Below are positions 47,923 to 61,131 of a stretch of DNA of 64,000 nt, in pieces. The stretch covers positions 184,635 through 248,634 of the forward strand of contig NIVC01001698.1 of the NCBI GenBank assembly GCA_002269645.1. The letters are read 5' to 3'. The DNA comes from Macrostomum lignano (lineage: Eukaryota). The notes beneath the pieces are model-generated. The model saw nothing but the letters and a program-made list of their open reading frames with translations, was not told the DNA's origin and ran no database searches. Every line of letters begins with the position of its first letter. Positions within the stretch are counted from its first letter, which is position 1. Both the position numbers and the translations under genes were made by a program.

Positions 47923-50900
47923 TCACAGCTTGGCCTTGAGCTCGCCAACCCGCGACTGGAACTCGCGCAGCTTCATGGCCAGCCCCATGTTGCCCTGCAT
48001 CTTGAGCTTGCCGCTGAAGAACGCCTGCTGCGGATTGAGCTTGCCGAGCATCAGCTGCACCAGGTCCTGGTCCGAGATCGTGATGGTCACGTCAGCCTTG
48101 CCTGCGGGGTTGGGGATCGGGCGGTAGTGGGCTGTGACGAATTCGCTGCCCAAACCACCGCTTCCTGTGGGGCCAGAGCGCGCATCGGTTATGATTGTTA
48201 GCAGAGCACTAACCATCTTTAGTATATGGACTAGCAATCTAGTGCCCCCCTTCGGGGCGGCGAATAAGCAAGGGACGAAATATATTTATGTGAATCCTTT
48301 AAAATGAAAGCACATTTTCTTAAAGGCATTTATTCTTCAGTTTCATAAATCACCTAAATAAATTCTTAATCAAGTAAAATTTTTAGGGACAAAGATTTAG
48401 GGAGCCAACAAAGAATGGAATATTTTTTGGATAAACTACGAGCTACATGTAGCTTCTGACTTCTCAGCCTTGACATCTCAGCAATTACCCGAAAGCCTTG
48501 ACATCTCAGCAATTCCCCGAAAGCCTTGACATCTCAGCAATTCCCCGAAAGCCTTGACATCTCAGCAATTCCCCGAAAGCCTTGACATCTCAGCAATTCC
48601 CCGAAAGCCTTGACATCTCAGCAATTCCCCGAAAGCCTTGACATCTCAGCAATTCCCCGAAAGCCTTGACATCTCAGCAATTCTCCGAAAGCCTTGACAT
48701 CTCAGCAATTCCCCGAAAGCCTTGACATCTCAGCAATTCCCCGAAAGCCTTGACATCTCAGCAATTCCCCGAAAGCCTTGACATCTCAGCAATTCCCCGA
48801 AAGCCTTGACATCTCAGCAATTCCCCGAAAGCCTTGACATCTCAGCAATTCCCCGAAAGCCTTGACATCTCAGCAATTCCCCGAAAGCCTTGACATCTCA
48901 GCAATTCCCCCATAAGCCTTGACATCTCAGCAATTCCCCGAAAGCCTTGACATCTCAGCAATTCCCCGAAAGCCTTGACATCTCAGCAATTCCCCGAAAG
49001 CCTTGACATCTCAGCAATCCCCCCATAAGCCTTGACATCTCAGCAATTCCCCGAAAGCCTTGACATCTCAGCAATTCCCCGAAAGCCTTGACATCTCAGC
49101 AATTCCCCGAAAGCCTTGACATCTCAGCAATTCCCCGAAAGCCTTGATATCTCAGCAATTCCCCCATAAGCCTTGACATCTCAGCAATTCCCCCATAAGC
49201 CTTGACATCTCAGCAATTCCCCCATAAGCCTTGACATCTCAGCAATTCCCCATAAGCCTTGACATCTCAGCAATTCCCCATAAGCCTTGATATCTCAGCA
49301 ATCCCCCATAAGCCTTGATATCTCAGCAATTCCCCCATAAGCCATGACATCTCAGCAATTCTCCCATAAGCCTTGACACCTCAGCAATTCCCCCATAAGC
49401 CTTGACATCTCAGCAATTCCCCCATAAGCCTTGACATCTCAGCAATTCCCCCATAAGCCTTGACATCTCAGCAATTCCCCCATAAGCCTTGACATCTCAG
49501 CAATTCCCCCATAAGCCTTGACATCTCAGCAATTCCCCCATAAGCCTTGACATCTCAGCAATTCCCCCATAAGCCTTGACATCTCAGCAATTCCCCCATA
49601 AGCCTTGACATCTCAGCAATTCCCCCATAAGCCTTGACATCTCAGCAATTCCCCCATAAGCCTTGACCTTGACATCTCAGCAATTCCCCCATAAGCCTTG
49701 ACATCTCAGCAATTCCCCTGTATCGCAGAAGGGTGAGCTCGAACTCAGCTTAATTGACCACTCGCTCAATGTGACTGCCTTGAGGGGAGACGCAAGAGTA
49801 CGAGTATTCAGCTGCGTACTAACCATGCACAGTCAACTCTGCAAAACTTGCAGCGCTCAAGAGGGGGTTGTGGTCTTCAAGAGCCGGTGGACTATTCATA
49901 GCCTACTGCCTACTGGACCTCCTCGAGACTTCACAGCAAACAACAGCCGCAGCAGCCTGCGCTCACCTTGTCCGTTGAACTCCACCTTGCCGCGCCCGTT
50001 CTTGCAGTCCACCAGCCACAGGCCGACTTTGCCGCCTGGCCCGCCGGTCACCTTGAAAGCGAACACACCGTTCACCTTCTTCACAATCTGCTCGCCCTCC
50101 GTCTCCAGGCCCTGCCCGATGATGCGGAAAATCTTGGCGCTCTGGAACTCGTCCTGGGAGTCCCCGGCGCTGACGCCAGCGACACTGGCAGCGGTGACCG
50201 CCGCCTCCGGGAAGCCGAGCTGGTAGGCGGCCACCACCACGGCGCCACCAAGGCCGATGTTGTGCTGCAGGGCGCGCCGGCAGCCGGGAACCTGGCGCGG
50301 CCCGGCCAGCCCGCGCAGCTGCCAGCAGAGCTCGGTGCACTGCGCCAGGCCGGTGGCGCCCAGCGGGTGGCCCTTGGAGATCAGGCCACCCGATGGGTTC
50401 ACCACGAACTTGCCACCGTAGGTGTTGTCGCCACGATCGACCAGCTCGCCAGCTTTGCCTGGGAATGCAGGATTTGATGAGTAAGGAATTAACATTGAGA
50501 CTTCTGGCGACTGAGTGGCTTAGGAGAGATTCTCATATGAGAGATTCTTATGTGGCGTATGGGAGATTCTCATGTGGCATATGGGAGATTCTTATGTGGA
50601 AATTGGGAGATTCTCATGTGACACATGGGGGTTCTCATGTGGCTTAAGGGAGACTCTCATGTGGCATATGGGAGATTCTCATGTGGCTTAAGGGAGACTC
50701 TCATGTGGAATATGGGAGATTCTCATGTGGCTTAAGGGAGATTCTCATGTGGCATATGGGAGATTGTTATACGGCTTAGAGTGTTGATTCCTGTTCTGGA
50801 GCCGGGATGCCACTCAGGCACTGCTCACCTGGTGGGCAGAGCCCCAGCGCCTCGTAGGTGAGCAGCTCGTTAGCAGAGAAGCAGTCGTGCAGCTCAACCA

Positions 50901-53900
50901 CCTGGAATTGGTCTGGTCGCAGGCCGGTCTTGGCGTAGACGGCCTGAGCAGCCCGGATAGTCATGTCGTAGCCGACCATCTTGATGGCCGACTTGTCGTT
51001 GAACACCGAGGGCAGGTCGGTGGCCATCTCGACGGCCAGTAGCTCCACGGCCTGGGCCTAATGGGCCAGTCAGGATGGCGAGGATAATGAGCTCAGTGCT
51101 CATAGAATAAAGCAGGATCGATCTGAAATCCCATGTACCCAATCTGAAATCCCAGGTACCCAATCTGAAATCCCAGGTACCCAATCTGAATCCCAGGTAC
51201 CCGTTCTGAAATCCCAATTGATCCCAGTGATAGATAGTTATCCATTCAGTCAGGGAAAGCAGTCTGACTGCAATTCAGAGCCATCCCACTCTCCAGGTGA
51301 CCATTGGCATGATTCAACGCCAGCAAAGGCGGCTCACCTGCAGTCCGTAGCGCAGCACGAACTCCTCGTTGGCCAGCACGGCGGCGGCGGCGCCGTCGGA
51401 GGTCGGGCAGCACTGCAGCTTGGTCAGGGGCGCGTAGATCGGCTGCGAGCTGAGGATCTCCTGTACCGAATAGACGTCAGTGAACTGCGAGTTCGGATTG
51501 TTGGCGGAGTGCCGGTGGTTCTTGGCTGCGATTTTGGCGAAGTGCTCCGGCGTGGTGCCGTACATCTTCATGTGCTCGCGGCCGGCCGCGCCAAACATCT
51601 GCGCCGCAATTGGCGCCGCCTCCAGGCCGTGCCGCTCGGCAAGGACCTGTGGGGGAGTTCGAAGTACTTTGCTTAATAAAAACTAGGGTAACTTTTAATG
51701 AACAGGTTAATTAAGAAAGGTTAGTGAGCAAGAAGGGAGAACGGGAAGAGCAGAGACAGAGTTCACAGAGGACAGGGGGGAGAGGACAGGGAGAGCAGAG
51801 GCTGAGGACACTGAGGACAAGGGAGAGGACAGGGAGAGCAGAGGCTGAGGACACAGAGGACAGGGGGGAGAGGACAGGGAGAGCAGAGGCTGAGGACACT
51901 GAGGACAAGGGAGAGGACAGGGAGAGCAGAGACTGAGTTCACAGAGGACAAGGGAGAGGACAGGGAGAGCAGAGGCTGAGGACACTGAGGACAGGGGGGA
52001 GAGGACAGGGAGAGCAGAGGCTGAGGACACTGAAAACAAGGGAGAGGACAGGGAGAGCAGAGGCTGAGGACACTGAGGACAGGGGGGAGAGGACAGGGAG
52101 AGCAGAGGCTGAGGACACTGAGGACAAGGGAGAGGACAGGGAGAGCAGAGACTGAGTTCACAGAGGACAAGGGAGAGGACAGGGAGAGCAGAGGCTGAGG
52201 ACACTGAGGACAGGGGGGAGAGGACAGGGAGAGCAGAGGCTGAGGACACTGAGGACAAGGGAGAGGACAGGGAGAGCAGAGGCTGAGGACACTGAGGACA
52301 AGGGAGAGGACAGGGAGAGCAGAGGCTGAGGACACTGAGGAGTCATGAGGACAAGGGAGAGGACAGGGAGAGCAGAGGCTGAGGACACTGAGGACAAGGG
52401 AGAGGACAGGGAGAGCAGAGGCTGAGAACACTGAGGACAGGGGGGAGAGGACAGGGAGAGCAGAGGCTGAGGAAACTGAGGACAAGGGAGAGGACAGGGA
52501 GAGCAGAGGCTGAGAACACTGAGGACAGGGGGGAGAGGACAGGGAGAGCAGAGGCTGAGGACACTGAGGACAAGGGAGAGGACAGGGAGAGCAGAGGCTG
52601 AGGACACTGAGGACAAGGGAGAGGACAGGGAGAGCAGAGGCTGAGGACACTGAGGAGTCATGAGGACAAGGGAGAGGACAGGGAGAGCAGAGGCTGAGGA
52701 AACTGAGGACAAGGGAGAGGACAGGGAGAGCAGAGGCTGAGGACACTGAGGACAGGGGGGAGAGGACAGGGAGAGCAGAGGCTGAGGACACTGAGGACAA
52801 GGGAGAGGACAGGGAGAGCAGAGGCTGAGGACACTGAGGACAGGGGGGAGAGGACAGGGAGAGCAGAGGCTGAGGACACTGAGGACAGGGGGGAGAGGAC
52901 AGGGAGAGCAGAGGCTGAGGACACTGAGGACAAGGGAGAGGACAGGGAGAGCAGAGGCTGAGGACACGGAGTAAGAATGGAGAGGACAGAGGCGAGTCCC
53001 AAGCAGGTCAAATCGCAAGCCCCAACCTCAACGTGACGCTCGAGGGGCGAGGCCCGGTCGCTGAAGGTCTGGCCAAGGGAGCCGCGCTGCATCTTCTCGA
53101 ATCCGAGCGCCAGCACGCAGGCGGCCCGGCCGCCGCGGACCAACTCGGCAGCCAAGTACAGAGCAGTGGAGCCGGTCGAACAGTTATTGTTGACATTGAC
53201 AACCGGGATGCCAGTCAGGCCGATCTGGTACAGGGCCCGCTGGCCGCAGGTGCTGTCGCCATAGACATAGCCGCAGACGGCCTGCTGCACAGAAGCATAG
53301 CCCAGCCTGGCATCAGTGAGCGCCTTGTCCACTGCCTCCTTGGCCATGTCTGGGTAGTCAAAGTTCTCCCGGCGCCCTGGCTTCTCAAACTGTGACAGGA
53401 AGTGGTTGGTTGGATACATTAAATACTCTTCATTGTTTAGGTTAAATTTGCTTGTTAAGGTTATGCCTTTTCGATCCCATCTGTTTAGGATTTAATAGGC
53501 ATAACATTTTAACGTCCAGAAATGGACACTTATTAAAAGTTATAACCACTCAAAAAGATGTTTTTGGTGGAAAAATGTTATGCACATGATACTAGATACT
53601 CATATGATATATGCATTTTTTGTTGTAGTTTTTGTTTGCAAAAAAGCCAATTGCTAAATTACTTCTATGGAAAAAAATTATACTATTTAATTATATTTAA
53701 TGAAGTTTCAGTTCAATAAAGTTTGTCTTCATTTTTCAGATTAATTTTAAAAACAAAAATTCATATACTTTAATAGTTATACACAATGAAATATAAAGCA
53801 AAGTTTTTCATCATGAAAGTAAAAATGAATGATTAAGATAATATGTATTTGAATATTAAAGTAAAATGCACTATTTGTGTGCTGAGAATTATTGTGGGTT

Positions 53901-56238
53901 GTTTGAAAGGTGTTTATAATGTTAGGCATATAATAATAGTTTATGATAGGCCTAATTTTGTTGAAAATATTTTTTTTGTGTTTTAAATGCTATAAAAATA
54001 AAAAAATGACTTTTCATAGCTCTTTTTTTGATAAATATAGTTGTTATTGTCTTCTTTGATATGAGCAATCTATTTAAATAAAATTTAGTGCAAAAAGCAC
54101 TTTATAAGAAAAATAAAATAAAAAAGGTTACAAAATATATCAGTTTTATTGCCAGTAGTTTGTCTTTTTATCTCTTTTATATCAAAAATGGGACTGCACA
54201 TTAGTTTTGCAGAATGACAAATTCTATTTAATTCACTATACATTTGGCTAGGGAATATATCATAGCATATGAATGCAAGACTGCTTTAAATTCTTTTTGA
54301 CATTCTCTAATTTTTAATGACTAATCTTATGTATTTTAACCACAGGTCAGTTGGGAAAGTCTGCACAAACTTTGTATATAGATATATATAAATAGATATA
54401 TACATATATATAGACTTTGAAACAATTCATATTGAAAAAGAAATGTTACAAATAAACAAAAAACAAAATCAAAGACACCAGAGTAAAAATGAAAAGTTAC
54501 AAAAAAGTTTATTGCCAATATACAATGGTAAAAAAATATATATAGGCCTATAAAATTTCTAAGTTTCTAAAAAAGTTATATATTATCTCTAGATTGTATT
54601 TTGTTAAAACACTGCTTAAAAGTTAAAAAGAAAAAAACCACAAAAAAGCATTTTAAAAGTCCAAGTTAACCAATTTGCAATTTTTTGTTTCACTTTTTTT
54701 AAATAATAAACAATTAATTTTAAAACTTGTAGGCCTTAAAGAAGGCTAATTTTTTTGCTACTTACAAAACAAAAAGTAATCTGTGTTTTACTTTTTATTT
54801 TATTTAAAAATATGAAGTATTTCTAAGGATTTCAAAGTTTTTCTAAAACCACATAAACTTGCAAAAATTCATACTAATTTAAAGTGCAAAGTTTGCTAGT
54901 GAACATCTTTCTCTAAAAATAAATATACCACTAATTCCTTGTTGCAAAATAATCTTTAAGTTGTTTTCTTTCATTTAAATATCAACTTGCATAGTATTAG
55001 TATTTGTAATATGCCTATATTTAGACTTAAAAAATTTTGCCAATTTTTAGGTAAAAAATGGTACCACAAAATGTGAACCTAGCATCCAAATCAAATGCTT
55101 CCTGTATGCTTTGTAAGCAACGAAGAACAATGAAATTGCACTAAAACATGTATCATTGTGGCGTGTATGCAGGAAAAAAAGAATTTTCCAAATCGCTTTA
55201 GTAGAAGCTAAGTAAAATACAATTTTCCAATCCTTATGGGAATTCCAATGTGTTACCAGGCTTCCAAATCAGATGCTTACTGTATGTTTATTAAGCAACA
55301 AAGAACAATATAATTACACTAAAACATGTATCATCACGGTGTGTATGCAGGAAAAAAGAATTTTCTAAATTGCTTTGGTAGAAGCTGAGTAAAATGCAAT
55401 TTTCCGATCCTTATGGGAATTTGAATGCTTAAATAATATACTTACGTTGAATACAATTTATTGCAAATGAACTCTACAAAATACATGTCAAGACTAACGA
55501 AAGTGATAAACAAGTAAACCCTTAAAAATAATGTTAAATATGTTGTAGAATTATAGAGTGTAACATTATAAGATACTTAAAGTTGAAAAAATATATTATT
55601 ATAGCTTTTCTATTATTTTTATAAGAGTCATTTTAGGTCGTAATTAAACTTACTGTTTTAACAAATCAATTTAATAAAAATAAAGCTATACGTAAATAAT
55701 TTGTACTTTTATAGACTTTTTTACTTTTTTAAAACTTATAAATTAAAACATTTAAATTAAAATTTATTAAAATTAAAATTAACATTAAAACATTTATGTT
55801 TTAAAATAACTTAAAACATAAATTTATTTTATAGCTTTATCACTTCAAATTGCCAAAAAACGAATTTTTATGAAACTTGCCCCTGATTTTTGGATTTCGC
55901 CATATAGGCCTAATATAAAGCCAAGGTCCAACATGAAAGAGAATTAAAATAAAAATCCTGTGTTTACTGTTCATTTATTTTTTCCACAGGTGCACATATA
56001 TTAAATTAATTATTATGCTGCAGTTAAAATAATTTTATGGGTTTCTATTTGGCTTTTAGGTCTTGGAAAGGCTAAAATTTTCTTCAGACATAAGCTCATC
56101 ATGATCCACACTATGGGTGACATATGACCTCGAAAGAAAAAGAAAAGAAATGTTTACAAAACGGTTTTTCAGCCTAGCCCTAGGGCTTACCTTGGTCATT
56201 CCAACACCAATCACATACACGCGCGGTGATGCATTCAT
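47923..56238 (-). CDS. SCP2: Sterol carrier protein X (peroxisomal thiolase + SCP2 domain), 539 aa, 6 exons
   Basis: Exons 56238-56191, 53389-53027, 51646-51338, 51057-50829, 50458-49967, 48101-47923 (1620 nt, phases consistent). Motifs [68 protein letters not shown]; C-terminal PTS1 AKL. Confidence 0.96.
48466..49718. repeat. 28/29-bp minisatellite AAGCCTTGACATCTCAGCAATTCCCC(GA/CAT), SCP2 intron 5
   Basis: About 44 copies; the CCGA variant dominates the left half and the CCCAT variant the right. Confidence 0.97.
50520..50765. repeat. 22-bp repeat GGGAGATTCTCATGTGGCATAT, SCP2 intron 4
   Basis: About 11 degenerate copies. Confidence 0.9.
51120..51215. repeat. 21-bp repeat TCTGAAATCCCAGGTACCCAA, SCP2 intron 3
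   Basis: 4-5 copies. Confidence 0.9.
51745..52970. repeat. 43-45-bp purine-rich minisatellite, SCP2 intron 2
   Basis: GAGAGGACAGGGAGAGCAGAGGCTGAGGACACTGAGGACA(AGG/GGGGG) units. Confidence 0.96.
55085..55421. repeat. 178-bp tandem duplication (2 diverged copies), SCP2 intron 1
   Basis: TCCAAATC..CCTTATGGGAATT starts at 55085 and again at 55263. Confidence 0.9.
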
Positions 56239-57302
56239 TTTTATAGAAGTGTTTAGAATCTTAGTTTTATTCAAATCAGAGATAAACGGTGAATCGTGCG
56301 GAAGAATCGCTGCTGTAAGAACCCAGTCTGTTGAAGCTTTACAGTATGCTTTATGATGTGGTGGCGGCGTGTGAGTGACGTCGATTGAGTTAAGTGGTTT
56401 AGTCAAATTCAAATACTTTTCGATGAAACAGTTATGAAAGAATAACAATTGTGGGTAAATTTAATTCTTGGTCGGTTCAAAATTAGCCTAGATTTGCATT
56501 TCCACATAGCAAATAAAAAACTACTTTTTTACTAAATATCGTTTTATTCAACGACGAAACCAAGATATTTCATTAATTTGTAACGCAATAAATCGTTCTG
56601 CTTGCCCTTCGCCCCTGCCAGTTAAGGCTTGAGATGGATATCTCGATTACAAGGAACACTTTGAACCATTTAATATTTTCCTCGAATCGCCACGAAGCTC
56701 TGATTTCACGAACCTTTTTACAAAACTACGAAAGTGCAAGTCATCCGATTTAGTTTCGATTCAGCTGAAAATAGTATATAATGTACTAATTAGCTTCCGT
56801 TGCTGATGTTGATCCCTACATAATTGCTGACATGTATTGACTTCAAGGACATGATATGATACAAGCTCAGTAGTATAAATGACTTTCCTCTCACCCAAAT
56901 AATATAAAGCGAAGAACTTTATCATTAAATTTGTAAGGTAAAAAGCAGCACATTTAAAAAAATCGACGAGATTCTGTTGGAAATGTAATAATCAGCTAAC
57001 TATCTGAAAGTTTGATCTATTTCAAATAAATTTCTGCATGAAGTTCATCTATCAAAATTGATTATGTCATGGTAAAATAATAATACTTGCATCATTATTA
57101 ACAAAACATACAAAAAGACGAAAAGGGGTATTTGAAATATAGCGTTACAGCAATTGCAAACACGATGATTTAGTAAACAGTGACTAACATACGCTCGTAC
57201 TAACAATAACTGGGACATCATTGGGAAAGAATAAAGTCAAAGTTGTCGTCGGGCCATACAGACATAAAAGTAATGAAACTAGCGAGATTGATCATCAGTC
57301 AG

Positions 57303-57615
57303 TCAGTCCGAGTCAGTCTTAGTCGGTACCACAACAATGGGCCTGGCCGAGTGCTGCAGTACGTAATCGCTGACGGAGCCCAGAATACTGCGCCGGATGC
57401 CATTGTTGCCTCGGCAGCCGACCACTACAACATTGACGCCCATCCGCTTGGCGGCTTCCACGATGGCAGCGCCGGGGCTGGAAGAGTCATTGCTGGTGAT
57501 GAACTTGCAGCGGAGGCCGCGCTGACGACACTCGACCAGCATGGACTGGCGCAGCTGCTCAGCCCGCCGACGCACCGCCCGGAACCGCTTGTCGTATTCG
57601 TCGTATTCAAATGTG
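57303..57615 (-). CDS. Universal stress protein (USP) domain gene, terminal exon only
   Basis: SPGAAIVEAAKRMGVNVVVVGCRGNNGIRRSILGSVSDYVLQHSARPIVVVP matches the USP G-x2-G-x9-GS motif. Acceptor CTGCAG at 57618-57616; upstream exon not found in the window. Confidence 0.85.
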
Positions 57616-58915
57616 CTGCAGAACAAGTAGAAATTACTATATAAAAACAACATACCTAGATGCTCTGAAACATTTTTCCTCGAGCAGGAAGAAATCTATA
57701 GACTACAAACTCTTAGACTAGGCTAGAAGACTGTTTCCCCGACCAGCGATATAATAATTTCAGGGCTGTGGGCACCCAGTGCAACGCTATCGGCGAGATC
57801 GCCCCGTAGTAGTAGGGGAAATGTGGACTCTGCCGCAGGAATTTCCGTGGGAAAACCACGGGCCTATGTGTGTAAACATAGCGCCTATGTAAATGCATTG
57901 GTGGACTCTGCCGCAGGGAAAGCCACGGAATTTCCATGGGGGGGGGTCGGAGAGCGAAATATACGGGCTTTTCATATTACCGATTCCAGAACCAGAATCG
58001 GTTCGAAGCTTTTCATATTGTCTGTTCCGTCTTCATAGTCGGTTCCAAAACCGCGATCCGATTCTGGAATTCGGTTCGAGAAATTTTCTCGATCTTTTAT
58101 CGTATTTCTATAGAAACGAAAGGACGAATTTGAAATAACATTTCAAACATTTCAAAAGAATACTAGTTTCTAGATTTTAAATGAAAATGTTTTTTTTCCT
58201 TTGAGAAGTAATTAAGCTAATTAGACAAAAAAAGAAAAATTTGACGCTTTTCATTTTCCTACTCGATCTTCAATGAAAAGCCGAATAGAGCTCTATGTAA
58301 ATGGATTGGTGGACTCTGCCGCGAGGAAAGCAGCATAAGTTCCTGGGAAGCCCAAAACTGATTCTCTAAAAATAGTAAAAAACTTCTCTAGTGTACATTA
58401 GCCATAGTTAATTGAGAATTGGGTGAACCTGGCTTCCGATCTCCACAATATTTAAACTTTGTTGGCAGTGGGAATACATAGGCCTATGTTCATGAGTTCC
58501 TCCGCACTTTTGTACGAGTCTCGCAAATTGGACTGAATTTGTTGTGAAAGTGAGCTTGCAAAGAGCCGTTTATTGCCTTGTTATTGTTTTTCTTGATACT
58601 GCTGATTTGGCCGCGGGGAAGTGGGGTGCAGGTCTGGGGTGGAGGTCTTTAGAACTATCTGATGCACGCGACGGGGGGAATGTTATCAGTTTTATTATTA
58701 TTATCGTTCAATAACGGTAAGAAAATAATTAGTGCATACACATATGTAACGTGTAAACATATCTGTGTGTGTGTGTATATAGGCGATATTGCCTGGTGAT
58801 TTGGATATAAGGACTGAAAAATTCTACTGAGCCATTAAAAATAGATTTTGTTGATATTTAAACGGACTTCGAAATTTCAAATTTTCACAAAAAACCCTTG
58901 ATTAAATTTTAAACC

Positions 58916-59827
58916 ATGAGCCATTCTCGGTGCCCATCCTACGTTCATGAGGTGTGTGTCACCTGCAATATTAGTATGCTCGGTGGACTAAAGCACCATG
59001 TAGCGAATGAAGGCTGCAGTGTCACCCGATGGCTACTATGCCATGAATGCCAGTCCGTTGAACTCTTCACTGTTAGAGGCCAAATAAAGAGGCATAAAAA
59101 TCATTCGACTGTTAACTGGAGCTCTGCTGAAGACCGCGAGCTGGCACGCATTACTGCTCTGGAAGTTGCACGTCAAGAGGAACGCAACAGGGCGGCAGAA
59201 CGCATTCGAGAGCCGGTGAGCACTTTGAGTCAAGTTATCACGAGCTTATGCGGCCGATCAACGAACACTGGTGACCAGCCCAACGCCCAGCCTGCTGCTG
59301 CTTCTGCTGCTCTACTCGACGGTGATGTCGGAGCTCCCCTGCTTGATGCTGCTGATGGAGGTGGCACCCCTGACTTCGAGCTGAATGAGCTGGACACCGC
59401 TTTCTTCGAGAACCTCGATGGTGAGCCTGAAGCACAGGAGCAGCAAGAAATGCAACAGCAGCAGCAGCGGCGTGCAATCCCTGTTCCCGGAAAAAATATG
59501 GAGCGTGCCAGGATGCTGGCAGAAGTCAGCCTGTCCGACGTGATTCGTGATATGGACTCAGGCCCTGCGCCTCCACCACCGCCACCACCGACTGAGGTTC
59601 AGCCTGCGGTCGAAGTCAGCCTGTCCGACCTGATTCGCGATATGGACTCAGGCCCTGCGCCTCCACCACCGCCACCACCGACTGAGGTTCAGCCTGCGGC
59701 CGCTAATGAAGTGCAGCAGCCAGCACCTCTCTGCATCCAGCTGGTTCTGCCCAACAGTGTTACGGGTGAATATTGGATTGACTTGGGAGGGGCTTTCCGT
59801 ATTCGCCTGAGCAATTCTCAATTCTAA
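58916..59827 (+). CDS. Intronless 303-aa protein with N-terminal Cys/His (zinc-finger-like) region and a duplicated 30-aa Pro-rich segment
   Basis: CxxC..HH and CxxC..HxxH spacing. A 90-bp duplication (59522, 59612) encodes EVSLSD(V/L)IRDMDSGPAPPPPPPPTEVQPA twice. Confidence 0.6.
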   Translation: MSHSRCPSYVHEVCVTCNISMLGGLKHHVANEGCSVTRWLLCHECQSVELFTVRGQIKRHKNHSTVNWSSAEDRELARITALEVARQEERNRAAERIREPVSTLSQVITSLCGRSTNTGDQPNAQPAAASAALLDGDVGAPLLDAADGGGTPDFELNELDTAFFENLDGEPEAQEQQEMQQQQQRRAIPVPGKNMERARMLAEVSLSDVIRDMDSGPAPPPPPPPTEVQPAVEVSLSDLIRDMDSGPAPPPPPPPTEVQPAAANEVQQPAPLCIQLVLPNSVTGEYWIDLGGAFRIRLSNSQF

Positions 59828-60601
59828 ACTAATAATTCTAATGTACCAGTCGTTAAATATTAATTTAGCAACATTTTGTGTTGAATTAAATTGCGAGATG
59901 ATTATCCGTATATTGAAAAAGTGAATAATGTTTATTTTTCTTTTCAACATCTCATTGCTATTTTTAAAGTTCATATTTATGCAGGCAGTGCGCGTTGATC
60001 AATTGCAAGCTGTGCTTGGGTGTGAATGCAGATTGGGTTTGATTCTGGTTGGGTTTGCAATCTCCTTCTTTAACTTGTGCTTCTAATAATGTAGCGTATC
60101 ATTGCATTTTTAAAATATAAGTTTTAAAGCGCAATGAAGCGCAGAATTTTGGAAAAGTTTTCAGCTTTGAGTTATTTTGAATTTTTAGAATTCGTTTCAT
60201 AAGACCCTTTTATTAAACCCTTTATGAGACCCCGAAATTTGGCACGTAACGACAAGACCCGAAGTACAACTTTCGAAAATATGTACACTTAATACGAGCG
60301 TATATCCACAAATTAGGGATTTGAATTTACTTTTGCAAGAAAAAATAATTTCACAAATATGTATTTCAGCAAATTTCCTCCTCTAATTCTCATCGAAAAT
60401 GCTCTAAGCCGTGTCATCAACCGAACCGAGATGGCTTCTTCGAGAGACACTTCATCATCATCATCAGCAAGTGATCGGCCGCTTGAGTCTACCAATTTTG
60501 CTATCGAAATCGAACCAACCAGTGAGTCAATCCAATGTGATTAGTAAAGCCAGTAAAGTAGACTCTTCCCTCTATAAATACAAGCAAAAGTAGTCACGAA
60601 A

Positions 60602-61057
60602 CCCGATTCCCGATTCGCCGATTCACCGATTCCCGATTCACCGATTCACCGATTCACTGATTCCCGATTCACCGATTCCCGAATCGCCGATTCACCGATT
60701 CCCGATTCGCCGATTCACCGATTCACTGATTCTCGATTCACCGATTCACCGATTCCCGATTCACCGATTCCCGATTCGCCGATTCACCGATTCCCGATTC
60801 CCGATTCCCGATTCACTGATTCCCGATTCCTGATTCACTGATTACCGATTCACCGATTCCTGATTCGCCGATTCCCGATTCACCGATTCCCGATTCGCCG
60901 ATTCCCGATTCACCGATTCCCGATTCGCCGATTCCCGATTCACCGATTCCCGATTCGCCGATTCCCGATTCACCGATTCCCGATTCGCCGATTCCTGATT
61001 CACCGATTCCCGATTCGCCGATTCCCGATTCACTGATTCCTGATTAACCGATTCCCG
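60602..61057. repeat. 7/8-bp minisatellite CCGATTC(C)/CCGATTCA/CCGATTCG upstream of PolB
   Basis: About 60 mixed units. Confidence 0.95.
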
Positions 61058-61131
61058 CACCATAATGAGGTGGAATTAGGATTATGATTTATAAATTTTA
61101 ACTGTCGAGTGAAACGCGTACACCCAACAAC

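Noticed and set aside
51707-53018. Ser/Leu/Cys/Pro-rich ORFs up to 345 aa
   Set aside because: Translations of the SCP2 intron-2 minisatellite.
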